Position numbers and translations under genes: made by a program
The notes under the pieces: generated by a model
Told to the model about the DNA's origin: nothing
The model's input: only the letters and a program-made list of their open reading frames with translations
Databases searched by the model: none
Shown here: in pieces, positions 1 through 10,006 of the stretch
Layout of the letters: every line of letters starts with the position of its first letter
How positions within the stretch are numbered: the first letter of the stretch is position 1
DNA from: Chiloscyllium plagiosum
Taxonomy: Eukaryota
DNA: 20,000 bases
Direction: 5' to 3'
Assembly (NCBI RefSeq): GCF_004010195.1
Contig: NC_057717.1
Span: forward strand, 107,378,989 to 107,398,988

Positions 1-1532
1 TTGCAATTTCAATTTTATGGCAGAAAAGAGCCTGGACTGAGTTAAGTTTGGTGGGCAAACAGAAAAAGGGAAGCAGCAGCAAAAGTTAAACAAATTGTCT
101 CAAAATCGTTGAATAAAAGAAGCCCTTAAATCTCATGCCCTTTTGTAGATGAGGATAGAGATGAGAAGGAAGATGTGCAAGAGCTGGTAATGGAGCAAAG
201 AAGATAGGGTACTACTCAACAAATGCTCTCTGATAATTCATCAAATGAATGTGTGTGAACTATTCCAACATGGGACACAACAGTCAACCCTGATCCCATG
301 TGCACATACATACACTGGACAATGAGGAGGAGAAGCAACTGAGCTGATTTTTACACCTTTCTGCCCTAGAGGCAGTGAAAACAGTTTTGATTCTGCAAAA
401 CAGATCCGACCTGGGTCTTACTCATCCTGTGTGAATTAGTACATTTAAAATTAACTACTGAGCTACCAGAGAGTTTAGAAAATGTCATTTAAACAAGCTG
501 GTAGAATGGTTAACACAACAGGACATTATCGATTTTAAACATTTTCAACCAGTTGAAATCTTTTTCTCACCTCCCCCCATCGTCTGTTGATATCCTTTGT
601 GGCTTACACCTGCTTCCCTGGTTCTCAAACCTGTCCACGTCATATTAAGCAAACCCCAATTGGTTCGGATTACATTTGCAGTCAACAAACATTTTTTACA
701 GCCTGGGTAAGAAGGTAAACAGCAGAATCACATTTGAGTTTTTATTTGATTTTATAACGATTCTAGTATCCCATAGAACAGGATTCACATAACCCAATGA
801 CATGTTGAGAGGGCTGGATCAGTCCGGAGGAGGTGACTGTAGCGCAAATTGGTGAATCACTATCTGAATTCATTATATATGTTTAATATAAGTATTAAAT
901 TAATGCAAATTATTAAATGCAGGGGTGAGATGTAAAAGAAAAATGCATCCATTCAGAATAGCTCTTAGCAAACAGAGCTCTAGTTAACATTCACAGCCAT
1001 GTCTGGCAGAGAAAGATGAATTGTCGGTGTCTTTTACTGGCTCTATCCCAGGAAGTGTGGCAGAGAATTTCATTGATTCAAGAGAGGAAGCAAACAACAG
1101 GACGATTTTTAAACTGCCTTAAATAATGTAACCATAGCAACAGCAGTGGGAAAAAAAATCTACAGAAGGAGAAAATAATCTCCAGAGAATGGCACAGAGC
1201 AAAATCAGTCTCCTCTCTGCATGTCTGACAGGACACTGACAGGAGGGTTACAAAAAGTACTTGGAAAAATAACATTCACTTCATTCCCCCTGGTTTGTGA
1301 CTCTCTCCCAAGTGATAGTGTGGCTTCTTAAAGCAGTTCACAGATCCATCAGCTAATCAACATCACTGCATACAAATCTCTTGGCATCTCACGAAAATGG
1401 TCATATTTTAAGATTTACAAGTGAATTGAGTTATTTCTGTGCAATTTGATGACAACTTGTCATAAAACTTAAAAATGTTGCACAGATGTAAAGAAATGAA
1501 AAGAGTATAGAAAATATATTTCTGACATGACA

Positions 1533-3808
1533 ACATGACATCAGGTCAAACATGGGCAAGAAAATCTCCTGCTGATTACCACCTACCTCACCTCCCCCCA
1601 CCCCCGACTGATGAATCAGAGGCCCTCAATGTTGAATATCACTTGGAGGCAACAATGATGGTGGCAAAGGAACAGAATGTACTCAGAATTGGGAATTTCA
1701 CTGTCCACCACCAGCAGCACTACTATAGACTGATCTGATCGAGTTCTATTGGAAATAGTTGCCAAACTGAATTGTGAGGAAATCAATAAAAAAGGGAAAA
1801 AAAAACATACTCCATCCTCCCCAATCTGCCTGCTGCAGATGTGTCTGTCCATTACAGTATTGATAGGAGTGTCAACTGCACAGTCCTCCATCATGGTGTG
1901 TGGCATTATCATTGTGCTGAATGGGATAAACTTTAAACAGATCTAGCAATACGAGGCTGCATACCCATGAGGCACTATGGGCCATCAGCAGCATAATTGT
2001 TTTTGAACCTAATGGCCCAACATATATCCCCACTTTACCATGACGTCAGGGGATCAAAATAAAGAGAGAAAATATTGAAGAAACAACACAGATCTGGCAG
2101 ATCTATGGAAAGAGAAATGCTTTAAATGATTATTCTTCAGTGCCAGTGGATCAACCCTGGTTCAAAGGAGTGCAGGATATACCAGGAGCAGCATCGGCAT
2201 ATCTAAAAATGAGTTAACAACCCGGTGAAGATCAAAGCCAGGGCTATTTGCTTACCAAACAGCAAGTGATAAACGGAGCTAAGCAATTCCACATCCAACA
2301 GATAAGATTTAAGCTCCACAGTCCTCAGCCAATTTGATTCACTCCACACAATATCAAGAAAGCTCTGGATACTGCAATGGCTGTGGGCCCTGAAAACATT
2401 CCAGCAATAATTCTGAAGGTGTGTGCATCAGAACTTTTAGTTCCCATAGCTAAGCCATTCTAGGACAGATACAACACTGGCATCTACCCAATGGTGTAGA
2501 AAATTGACCAAAAAGCGGGACAAATCCAACCCAGCCAATTACCAGCTCATTTTATTCTCAATCATCAGTAAAATGATAGAAGCTGTCACAAATAGCACTT
2601 GCTTAGCAATAACCTGCTCAAGGACCATTCAGTTCCTGATCTCATCACAGCTTTAGTTCAAACATTTACAAAACTGATGAATACTAGAGGTGAGGTGAGA
2701 TTGACTGTCCTTGACATGAAGGGCACATTTAACCAAGCGTGACATCAAGAAGCCCTGATAAACCAAGGGTCAAAGGCAAATCAAGGAGAAAATTCTCCAA
2801 TTGTTGGAGTCGTACCTGGTACAAAAGAAAATGGTTGTGATTGTTGGAAGTCAGTCGTCTCACTTCCAGGATCCTCAGCAGTGTCCTAGGCCCAACCATC
2901 TTCATTTGCTTCATCAATGACCTTCCTTCCATCATAAGGTCAAAAGTGGGGATGCTTGCTGATGATTACACAATATTCAGCATCATCCATGACTCCTCAG
3001 ACACTGAAGTAATCCATGTCCAAATGCAGCAAGACCTGGACAATATCCAGATTCGGGCTGAGAAGTGGCAAGTAATATTCACATTACATAAGTGCGAGGG
3101 AATGTCCATCCCCAACAAGAGAGAATCTAACCATCACTAATTCACATTCAAAGGCATCATTATCATTGAATCTCTCACTATCAAAATCCTGGGGGTTGCC
3201 ATTCACCAGAAAAAAGAATCAGACTGGCCACATAAATACTGGACAGAGGCTCAGAATCCTGCGGCAAGTAACTCATGTCCAGATTCCTCAAAACCTGTTC
3301 ACCATCTGCAAGTCATAAGAAATATGTGATGGAATACTTGCCTCTTACTTAGATGAATGCAACAACCCCCACCAAGCCTGTCACCATCCATCCAGGACAA
3401 AGCAGTCCACTCAATTGGCACCACATCCACAAACTTTCACACCATTCATCACCAACACTCAGTAGCTCCAGCAGTCCATCTATAAGATGCAATGCAGAAA
3501 TTTATTAAGGCTCCTTAGACAGTACCTTCCAAACCCATCAACACTACCACCTGAAAAGGCGAGGCAGCAGATACATGGGAACACCTACAAGTCTCCTTCC
3601 AAGCCAAATACCATCCTAACTTGGAAATATATTGCCCCTCCTTCAGTATCACTGGATCAAACTCCCTCCCTAACAGCACTATGGGTGTTCTATTAGCAAT
3701 GACTGCAGTGGTTCAAGAAGGCGGCTCACTACCATTTTCTCATGGCCATCTAGGGATGGGCAATAAATGCTGGTTCAGCCAGTGATACCCACACCCCACG
3801 AATGAACA
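1533..3808 (+). mobile_element. Decayed CR1/L2-group LINE, 5'-truncated in the APE endonuclease, with internal deletions and a retained 3' end
   Basis: APE-like motifs in broken frames (NVLRIGNFTVHH ~ GDFNVHH; ggagtgtcaactgcacagtcc ~ SDHxxV). RT motifs in ORF 2841-3140 (SVLGPTIFICFINDLP...GMLADD...QQDLDNIQ...WQVIFTLHKC). The 3' end (tagggatgggcaataaatgctgg...gaatgaac) is shared with 18917-19063. Many stops and frameshifts. Confidence 0.88.
2058..2141 (-). mobile_element. Old short Penelope-like terminal fragment inserted into the LINE
   Basis: Interrupts the LINE between two copies of a degenerate 13-bp duplication (gtcaggggatcaa 2045-2057, gccagtggatcaa 2142-2154). The interior (gatctggcagatctatggaaagagaaa) resembles the 5380-5489 and 8634-8818 type of repeat. 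The minus strand carries CTGAAGA at 2134-2140. Confidence 0.6.
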
Positions 3809-5379
3809 AAAGCAGTGAAGAAAACATCTGAAGATATTTCATGGATGGTGCAAAAAAGATGCACTTCATCTCAGTTTGGTTTTGCCGGGAGGTCAACATT
3901 ACTCAATCCCCTCCCATCCTTCCCATTCCATCCCTCCCTTCACAACTATCAAATGCTTACAGGATGACCAAATATTTGGCAGCATCAGGTTCTGCTGTTA
4001 CTGCTAGAAGCTACTCCTGCTAAGAGATCTGCTGTCATGTTATGTCACACTCAGCTATTTTGTACCATCCTCACATATGGTCTCCAGCTCATCTGCAATC
4101 AGACCATGACATCCAGGATGTTATAACATAGATTTTCAAGCTCAGCAACAGAAGCAGCAGATTTACTAACTGTTAAAATATTTTACAAATGTGAAACACT
4201 CCTATACTTACTCAAAAAATCTGCTATGTCTCTGAAGTTTTCAGCAGGCTGTCTCAACAGTTCTAAAAATGCATGTTTTATACCAAAATTCTCTTTCTTT
4301 CCTTGTTATTGCATTGTGTAAATATATTTAATAGTTAATTAGTGAGTAACAACTAACATATCAATAAATTTCCAACAACAACTCAAGTTGCGATCCTGCA
4401 CTTAGCACACATATATCCTATTTCAAACCCATCTGCTACTGTCCCATGCCTACTCTATCCCTATATACATACCCATGAGCAATGCTTCTACCTTGACTCT
4501 GTTCTATTCCTGTTCAGCCCCTTGACCTACACATATCACACTCCAATTTCAGTTACAGACTCAGTAAAAGAAGAATCTTTGTTATTACAGTTGTCTTAAT
4601 AGAGGTCTCTCACTTTGAGCTCTCAAAGCACCAGCCTTTAGGTTCTTGCTGAAGCTCAGAATCAAACTTGATATAATTAAACCTTGCGCTTTTTCTCGTC
4701 TCCAAGTTTTTATGTAACTTTAAGTTGTAATTGCAGTTTATTCTTGCATTAGATGGCTTTGATGCTACTTGAAATAGTATGATTACTACATCAATGACCC
4801 ACATGATGCTGCCTTTTAAGATATGAACAATCTGTCAGGATGAGCATGGGGTCTGTTGAACTGCAGCCAGACCAGGTGGGTGGTAGATTTCATCCAAGGT
4901 GGATTTAATTCTCAACACCTGCTCAGCCTAGGAAGTGAAAATAAATAGTTTGTATGTGACAAGGGAATTAACCCATCAAGTTCTGAACAATGTTTATTTC
5001 TCTCTTTCTTGTTCCAACTTCCCTTGAATAGGTTATAGGGCAGGAATCCTCTGAAAATTCACTAATGAAGTTGAAGATATCTAATTTCTTCAGAAAGTAT
5101 ACCTGGAAGGTTAGGATTCTTCTTTATTTTGAGTCCAGAGGATTAGTGTTGCCAAACCATTTGACTGTGAGACTTAGCAAAAAGCCATGATCCTGTCCTG
5201 ATGAAAAAACATTTCCAGAAGTCAATGTAGAATATTAACCCTAGCTGATTTTCCTTCCACTTCCTATTGAGGAGGCACTAGGAGAAACAGTGTAACACAA
5301 CAGAAAATTCAATGACTGAACACAGACCAGGATGATGACCTACCATTTGCTCTGCACAGCTGTGTCCTATATTATTGTT

Positions 5380-5489
5380 CCCAAAGAGACTTATACTCGA
5401 AACATTAACTCTGTTTCTCTCTTCACAGATGCTGAATTTTTCTAGCCTGTTTTTTTTAATTTCAGAGCTCCAGCGCTGTAGGATTTTGC
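5380..5489 (+). mobile_element. Old short Penelope-like terminal (pLTR) fragment
   Basis: ctcgaaacattaactctgtttctctcttcacagatgctg...tcagagctccagcgctgtag resembles the reverse complement of 8645-8735 (cgaaacgtc...gatgctg...tgatctccagcatctgcag). Confidence 0.65.
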
Positions 5490-5902
5490 AGTATATATCC
5501 TACATTATACATTGTGTAGTCAAATAAGCCACTGAAGGAGCTTTCTCCATATTGGTTTAAAATGTTCTTTTTGACCCTCTCCTCAGAACACTGCTGATAG
5601 ACGTAAAACTAACAATGCAGAAATGGCATCTGCTAACGGTTCCTTATGATTGCTTGTATTCACTGTTAGTTATTTCTTGATAATTATTAGTTCCACTTTA
5701 ATTTAAGCTACTAATGCCAGCATTAAAATAGTGAGCAAAGATAGTGGACAAGTAAGTCAAATATTTGTCCACTAAACATACCGCAATGGTAATTTCTAAT
5801 TTAACACAGTTAACTTACATAATTTCCTAACCAATGGCTCCTTAATGTTTTTAACAGTGCACAGCATGTTAACTAAAATGCATATTTAGCTTATATTATC
5901 AT

Positions 5903-5978
5903 AATGACCATTTTGAATGGTATGGCAGGCTTGAAGGGCTAAATGGTCTATCCCATTCCCTATTTTCTATGCTTCTAT
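5903..5978 (+). mobile_element. CR1-type LINE 3'-terminal stub
   Basis: tgaatggtatggcaggcttgaagggctaaatggtcta...ttctatgcttctat parallels the 3' end at 11530-11645 (taaatggtgcagcagactcgatgggccgaatggccta). It ends in an 8-bp-type tail repeat. Confidence 0.7.
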
Positions 5979-6783
5979 ATCAAAAATACCACATTTAATT
6001 TTGTGATGCATCATATAAGTAGGAACTTAAAGGGGATTGGGCTGCATGTGGACTTCCAGGTTGCTTCACAGCTGTGCAAGTTGCATTTAAACGTATCGGT
6101 TAATTTTTAGCCAGCTCACTGGTCAAAGATGGGATCAGTTGCCTATCTTAAACTCCATCAAAGAGGTAAATTGAGTGGTATGTAAAACAGGTGCTGATCT
6201 GAATTGCCCATTTTATTTTGAGCAATTAGGTTAAAATTAATCATCCATCAAACTGAAATTTGATTTGATTTAATGTCACATGTACCTAAGTAAAGTGAAA
6301 AGCTTGGTTTGCAAGCAGTACAGGCAGATGACAGTAAGCAATAGCATACAGATCATAGGGTGAAAAAAACCTGGAATACAGTGAGGCATACAGGTTACAC
6401 CCCAGAGGATGTGCGCGAGGCAAGATGAACGTTAACAAGATCAGCATATTTGAAGTTAGTGCATTCATCAGTCGAGTAACAGAGATGAAGCTGTTCTCGA
6501 ACCTGTTGGTGCATGTGCTTAAGCTTCTGTATCTTCTGCCTGACAGAAGAAGTTGTAGGAGAGCAATACTGGGGTGCATATGGTTTTGATGATGTGGGCA
6601 GTCTTTCCTTGGCAATTGAGTCCCTGGATGGGAGATCGCCTTCAGTGATGGTCTCGGCTGTGCTCACAACCTTCTGTAATTTTTTACAGTCCTAGGCGTA
6701 GCAGTTGCCATACCAGGCCTAGACTGTATGCTTTCTACAGTGCATCGGTAAAAGTTGGTGAAGGTCCTTCTGAACATACCAGT

Positions 6784-7039
6784 CGCCTCAGGCAACTGAC
6801 TGTGTAGAGTTTGCACATTCTCCCAGAGTCTGCGTGGGTTTCCTCCGGGTGCTCCGGTTTCCTCCCACAGTCCAAACATGTGCAGGTTAGGTGAATTGGC
6901 CGTGCTAAATTGTCCATAGTGTTAGGTAAAAGGGGTAAATGTAGGGGAATGGGTCTGGGTGGGTTGCGCTTCGGCGGGTCGGTGTGGACTTATTGGGCCG
7001 AAGGGCCTGTTTCCACACTGTAAGTAATCTAATCTAATC
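6784..7039 (+). mobile_element. HE1 (V-SINE) element, 5'-truncated, nested in the Rex/Babar LINE
   Basis: Has the V-domain core gtttgcacattctccc...tgcgtgggtttcctccgggtgctccggtttcctcccacagtccaaa, a CR1-like 3' end gggccgaagggcctgtttccacactgta and a (taatc)3 tail. It is homologous to the full copy at 19064-19423 but lacks the tRNA head. Confidence 0.92.
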
Positions 7040-7220
7040 AAATCCTTAGTTGCCTGAGGAAGAAGAGCCATTCTTGTGCTTTCTTGACCATTACATCTAC
7101 ATGGGAAGTCTAGGACTTCATTGATTATCGTCACTTTCACAAACTAGATACTCTCAACCCTCTCAAACTCCCTCCACTGATATACATGGGAGCATGTTCT
7201 CCTCCTTTCTTTCTAAAGTC

Positions 7221-9870
7221 ATAGGGTTGTCATTGTACGGGATTTTAATTTTCCTAACGTAGACTGGGATTGCCAGAGTGTTAAGGGTTTAGATGGAGAG
7301 GAATTTGCTAAGTGCATTCAGGAAAGTTTCCTCAAGCAGTGTATAGAGGGTCCTACTCGGGAAGGGGCAAAACCCGACCTACTCTTGGGAAATAGGGCAG
7401 GACAGCTGACAGAGGTGACAGTGGAGGAGCACTCTGGGACCAGTGACCGTAGTTCTTTTGATTTTAAAATAGTCATGGAGAGGGACAAGACTGGTCCATA
7501 AGTTCAAGTTCTGAACTGGGACAAGGCAATTTTTGATGGAATTAGACAAGAGCTTGCAGGGGTTGATTGGAGTAGTCTGTTTGCAGGCAAAGGGACCTTT
7601 AGCAAGTGAGAGGCCTTTAAAAGTGAAATAGCTAGATTTCAAGGTCTATATGTTCCTGCAAGTGTGAAGGGCAAGGTTGACAGGAATAGGAAACTCTGGA
7701 TGACGAGAGATATTGAGACTTTGACCAGAAAAAAGGAGGCGTGGCTCAGGTACAGGCAGCTGGGTTCAAGGGAATCCCTGGAGGTCTGTAGGGAATACAG
7801 GAGGGTGAAAAGGGAATACGAGATAGCCTTGGCTGAAATGATTAGCATGAATCCAAAGAGGTACTTTAAGTATAATTAAAGGAAAAAGAATAATTAGAGA
7901 GAGAATAGGGCCCTTCAAGGACCTAAGTGTTCATGTATGTGTAGAACCACTGGGGATGGGTGAGGTTCTTAATGAATATTTCTCCTCTGTGTTTACCATG
8001 GAGAAAGACATGAAAACTTGGGGAAGTCAGTGGTGATATCTTGTGGACAGTCCATATCACAGCAGAGTAAGTGTTGGAAGTATTAGAATGTATGAACATG
8101 GATAAATCTTCTGGTCCTGACCAGATATATCCAAGAACACTGCAAAAGGCTAGAGAAGAAATTGCGACAGCCAGCGCTGATACTTTTGCATCATTGTTAG
8201 CCACGGGTGAGGTCCCAGAAGACTGGAGGGTTGTGGACGTTGTGCCATTATTCAAGAAGGGCTGCAAAGAAAAGCCTGGGAACTATAGACCAGTAAGCAT
8301 AACATCTGTGGTGGGTAAGTTACTTGAGAAAATTTTGAGGGATAAGATATACATGCATTTAGAAAGACAATATTTGATTAGGAGTGGTCAGCATGGATTT
8401 GTGAGTGGGAGATCATGCCTCACAAATTTGTTTAATTCTTTGGTGAAGTGACTAGGAAGGTTGATGACAGCAGGGCAGTAGACATAGTCTATAAGGATTT
8501 GAGTAAGGCCTTTGATAAGGTTCCACATGGTAGGCTGTTCTGGAAGGTTAGATCGCATGGAATCCAGGGCAAGCTGGCAAATTGGATAAAAAATTTGGCT
8601 TAATGGTAGGAAGCAGAGTGTAATAATAAAAGGAGAAAGTGAGGTCTGCAGATGCTGGAGATCAGAGCTGAAAATGTGTTGCTGGAAAAGCGCAGCAGGT
8701 CAGGCAGCATCCAGGGAACAGGAGAATCGACGTTTCGGGCATAAGAAGGGCTTATCGATTCTCCTGTTCCCTGGATGCTGCCTGACCTGCTGCGCTTTTC
8801 CAGCAACACATTTTCAGCTGTAATAATAAAAGGGTGATTGTTGGACTGGAGGCTTGTGACTAGTGGAGTGCCTCAAGGGTCAGTGCTGGGCCGATTACTC
8901 TTTCTTAACTACTGTATATCACCGATTTGGATGAGAATGTATAAGGCATGATTAGTAAGTTCACTGATAACGCTAAAATAGGTGGTATCATGGGCAGTGA
9001 GGAAGGCTATCAGAAATTGCAGCAAGACCTTGATCAACTGGGAAGTGGGCCAAGAAATGGCAAATGGAGTTTAATATAGATTAAGATGAAGTCTTGTATT
9101 TTGGAAAGTCAAATCAAGGTAAGAGTTTCATGGTGAATGGTAGGGTCTTAAAGAGTGTAGTGGAACAAAAGGATCTTGGAGTAGAGGTTCACAGTTCTCT
9201 GAAAGTGGGGTCACAGCTAGATAGGGCAGTGAAAAAGGCTTTTGGCACACTAGCCTTCATCAGTCAGGGCATTGAGTACAGAAGTTACGTTGCAGTTATA
9301 CAGGACATTGGTGAGGTATCACTTGGAGTATTGTGTTCAGTTTTGGTCACCTTGTTAATAGGAAGAATGTTATTATCTGGAAAGAGTTCTGAAGATATTT
9401 ACAAGGATGTTGCCAGGACTCCATGGTTTGTGTTATAGAGAGAGGTTGGATAAGCTAGGACTTTTTTCTTTGGAGCGTGGGAGACTGAGGGGGATCTTAT
9501 AGAGATGTATAAGACTATGAGAGGCATGGATAGGGTGAATGTACTCAGTCCTTTTCCCAGGGTTGGGGAATTGAGGACTAGAGGGCATCAGTTTAAGGTT
9601 AGGGGGGAAAGAATAGAAGGCAACCTGAGGGGCAACTGTTTTACACAGAGGGTGGTATGCATATGGAATGAGCTGCCAGTGGAAATGGTTGAGATGGATA
9701 CACTAACAACATTTAAAAGGCATTTGGACAAATACATGGATAGGAAAGGATTAGAAGGATATGGACCAAGTGCAGGGAAATGGAGTTAGTGTGGATGGAT
9801 ATTTTGAACAACATGGTCTAGTTTGGACCAAAGAGTCTGTATCTGTACTGTAGGACTCTATGACTCTATA
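7221..9870 (+). mobile_element. CR1/HER1 LINE, 5'-truncated in the endonuclease, with complete RT region and 3' tail; dead
   Basis: Starts RVVIVRDFNFPNVDW. Contains DKSSGPDQIYPRTL...GEVPEDWRVVDVVPLFKKG..EKPGNYRPVSITSVVGKLLEKI...QHGFVSGRSCLTNL, DLSKAFDKVPH, SGVPQGSVLGP, and the C-terminal FTQRVVCIWNELP...FKRHLDKYM. The tail is (gactctat)2 at 9854-9869. Multiple stops and frameshifts. Confidence 0.95.
8634..8818. mobile_element. Young palindromic, non-autonomous Penelope-like-derived insertion within the CR1
   Basis: A 15-bp direct repeat tgtaataataaaagg sits at 8619-8633 and 8819-8833, offset by exactly 200 bp. A perfect 65-bp inverted repeat spans 8666-8730 / 8755-8819 around a 24-nt loop. 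CpGs are retained, and the CR1 reads through when the insert is removed. Confidence 0.85.
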
Positions 9871-10006
9871 AGGAAGGCTATCAGAAATTGCAGCAAGATG
9901 TTAATCAGCTGGGGAAGTGGCCAAGCAATGGCAAATGGAGTTTAATAAAGGTAAAGGTGAAGTCTTGCATTTTGGAAAGTCAAATCAAGGTATGAGTTTC
10001 ATGGTG
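9871..10006 (+). repeat. 136-bp duplicate of CR1 interior 9000-9135 placed directly after the CR1 3' tail
   Basis: Hand alignment of aggaaggctatcagaaattgcagcaaga...gagtttcatggtg between the two copies gives about 11 substitutions and 2 single-base indels (~90% identity). Confidence 0.92.

Noticed and set aside
149..186. Purine-rich stretch between cccttttgtag| and CTG|gtaatg that could be a plus-strand acidic micro-exon (EDRDEKEDVQEL), or the acidic tail of a decayed DNA-transposon ORF
   Set aside because: It is 38 nt, low-complexity, has no recognisable protein and no supporting neighbour exons. The transposon idea rests only on vague resemblance.
895..921. Octamer ATGCAAAT (903-910) amid TAAT words
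   Set aside because: One such 8-mer is expected by chance in 20 kb of AT-rich DNA, and no promoter context is visible.
1078..1275. 65-aa minus-strand ORF rich in F/L/C
   Set aside because: The composition reflects an A-rich plus strand. There are no motifs or convincing splice sites.
5587..5649. Good plus-strand acceptor (ttctttttgaccctctcctcag|) followed by NTADRRKTNNAEMASANGSL*, resembling a terminal exon
   Set aside because: No recognised protein or upstream exons, and acceptor-like tracts are common in introns.
8666..8819. Hairpin read as a pre-miRNA, terminator or DNA-transposon MITE
   Set aside because: The stem is perfect with no bulges, the left arm has an unpaired extension, the duplication is 15 bp, and the loop holds hammerhead pieces. 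A PLE-derived retro-insertion fits better.
8071..9789. ORFs 8071-8451, 9094-9438 and 9505-9789 as host genes or an active reverse transcriptase
   Set aside because: They are pieces of one CR1 ORF2 broken by stops, frameshifts and a 200-bp insertion.
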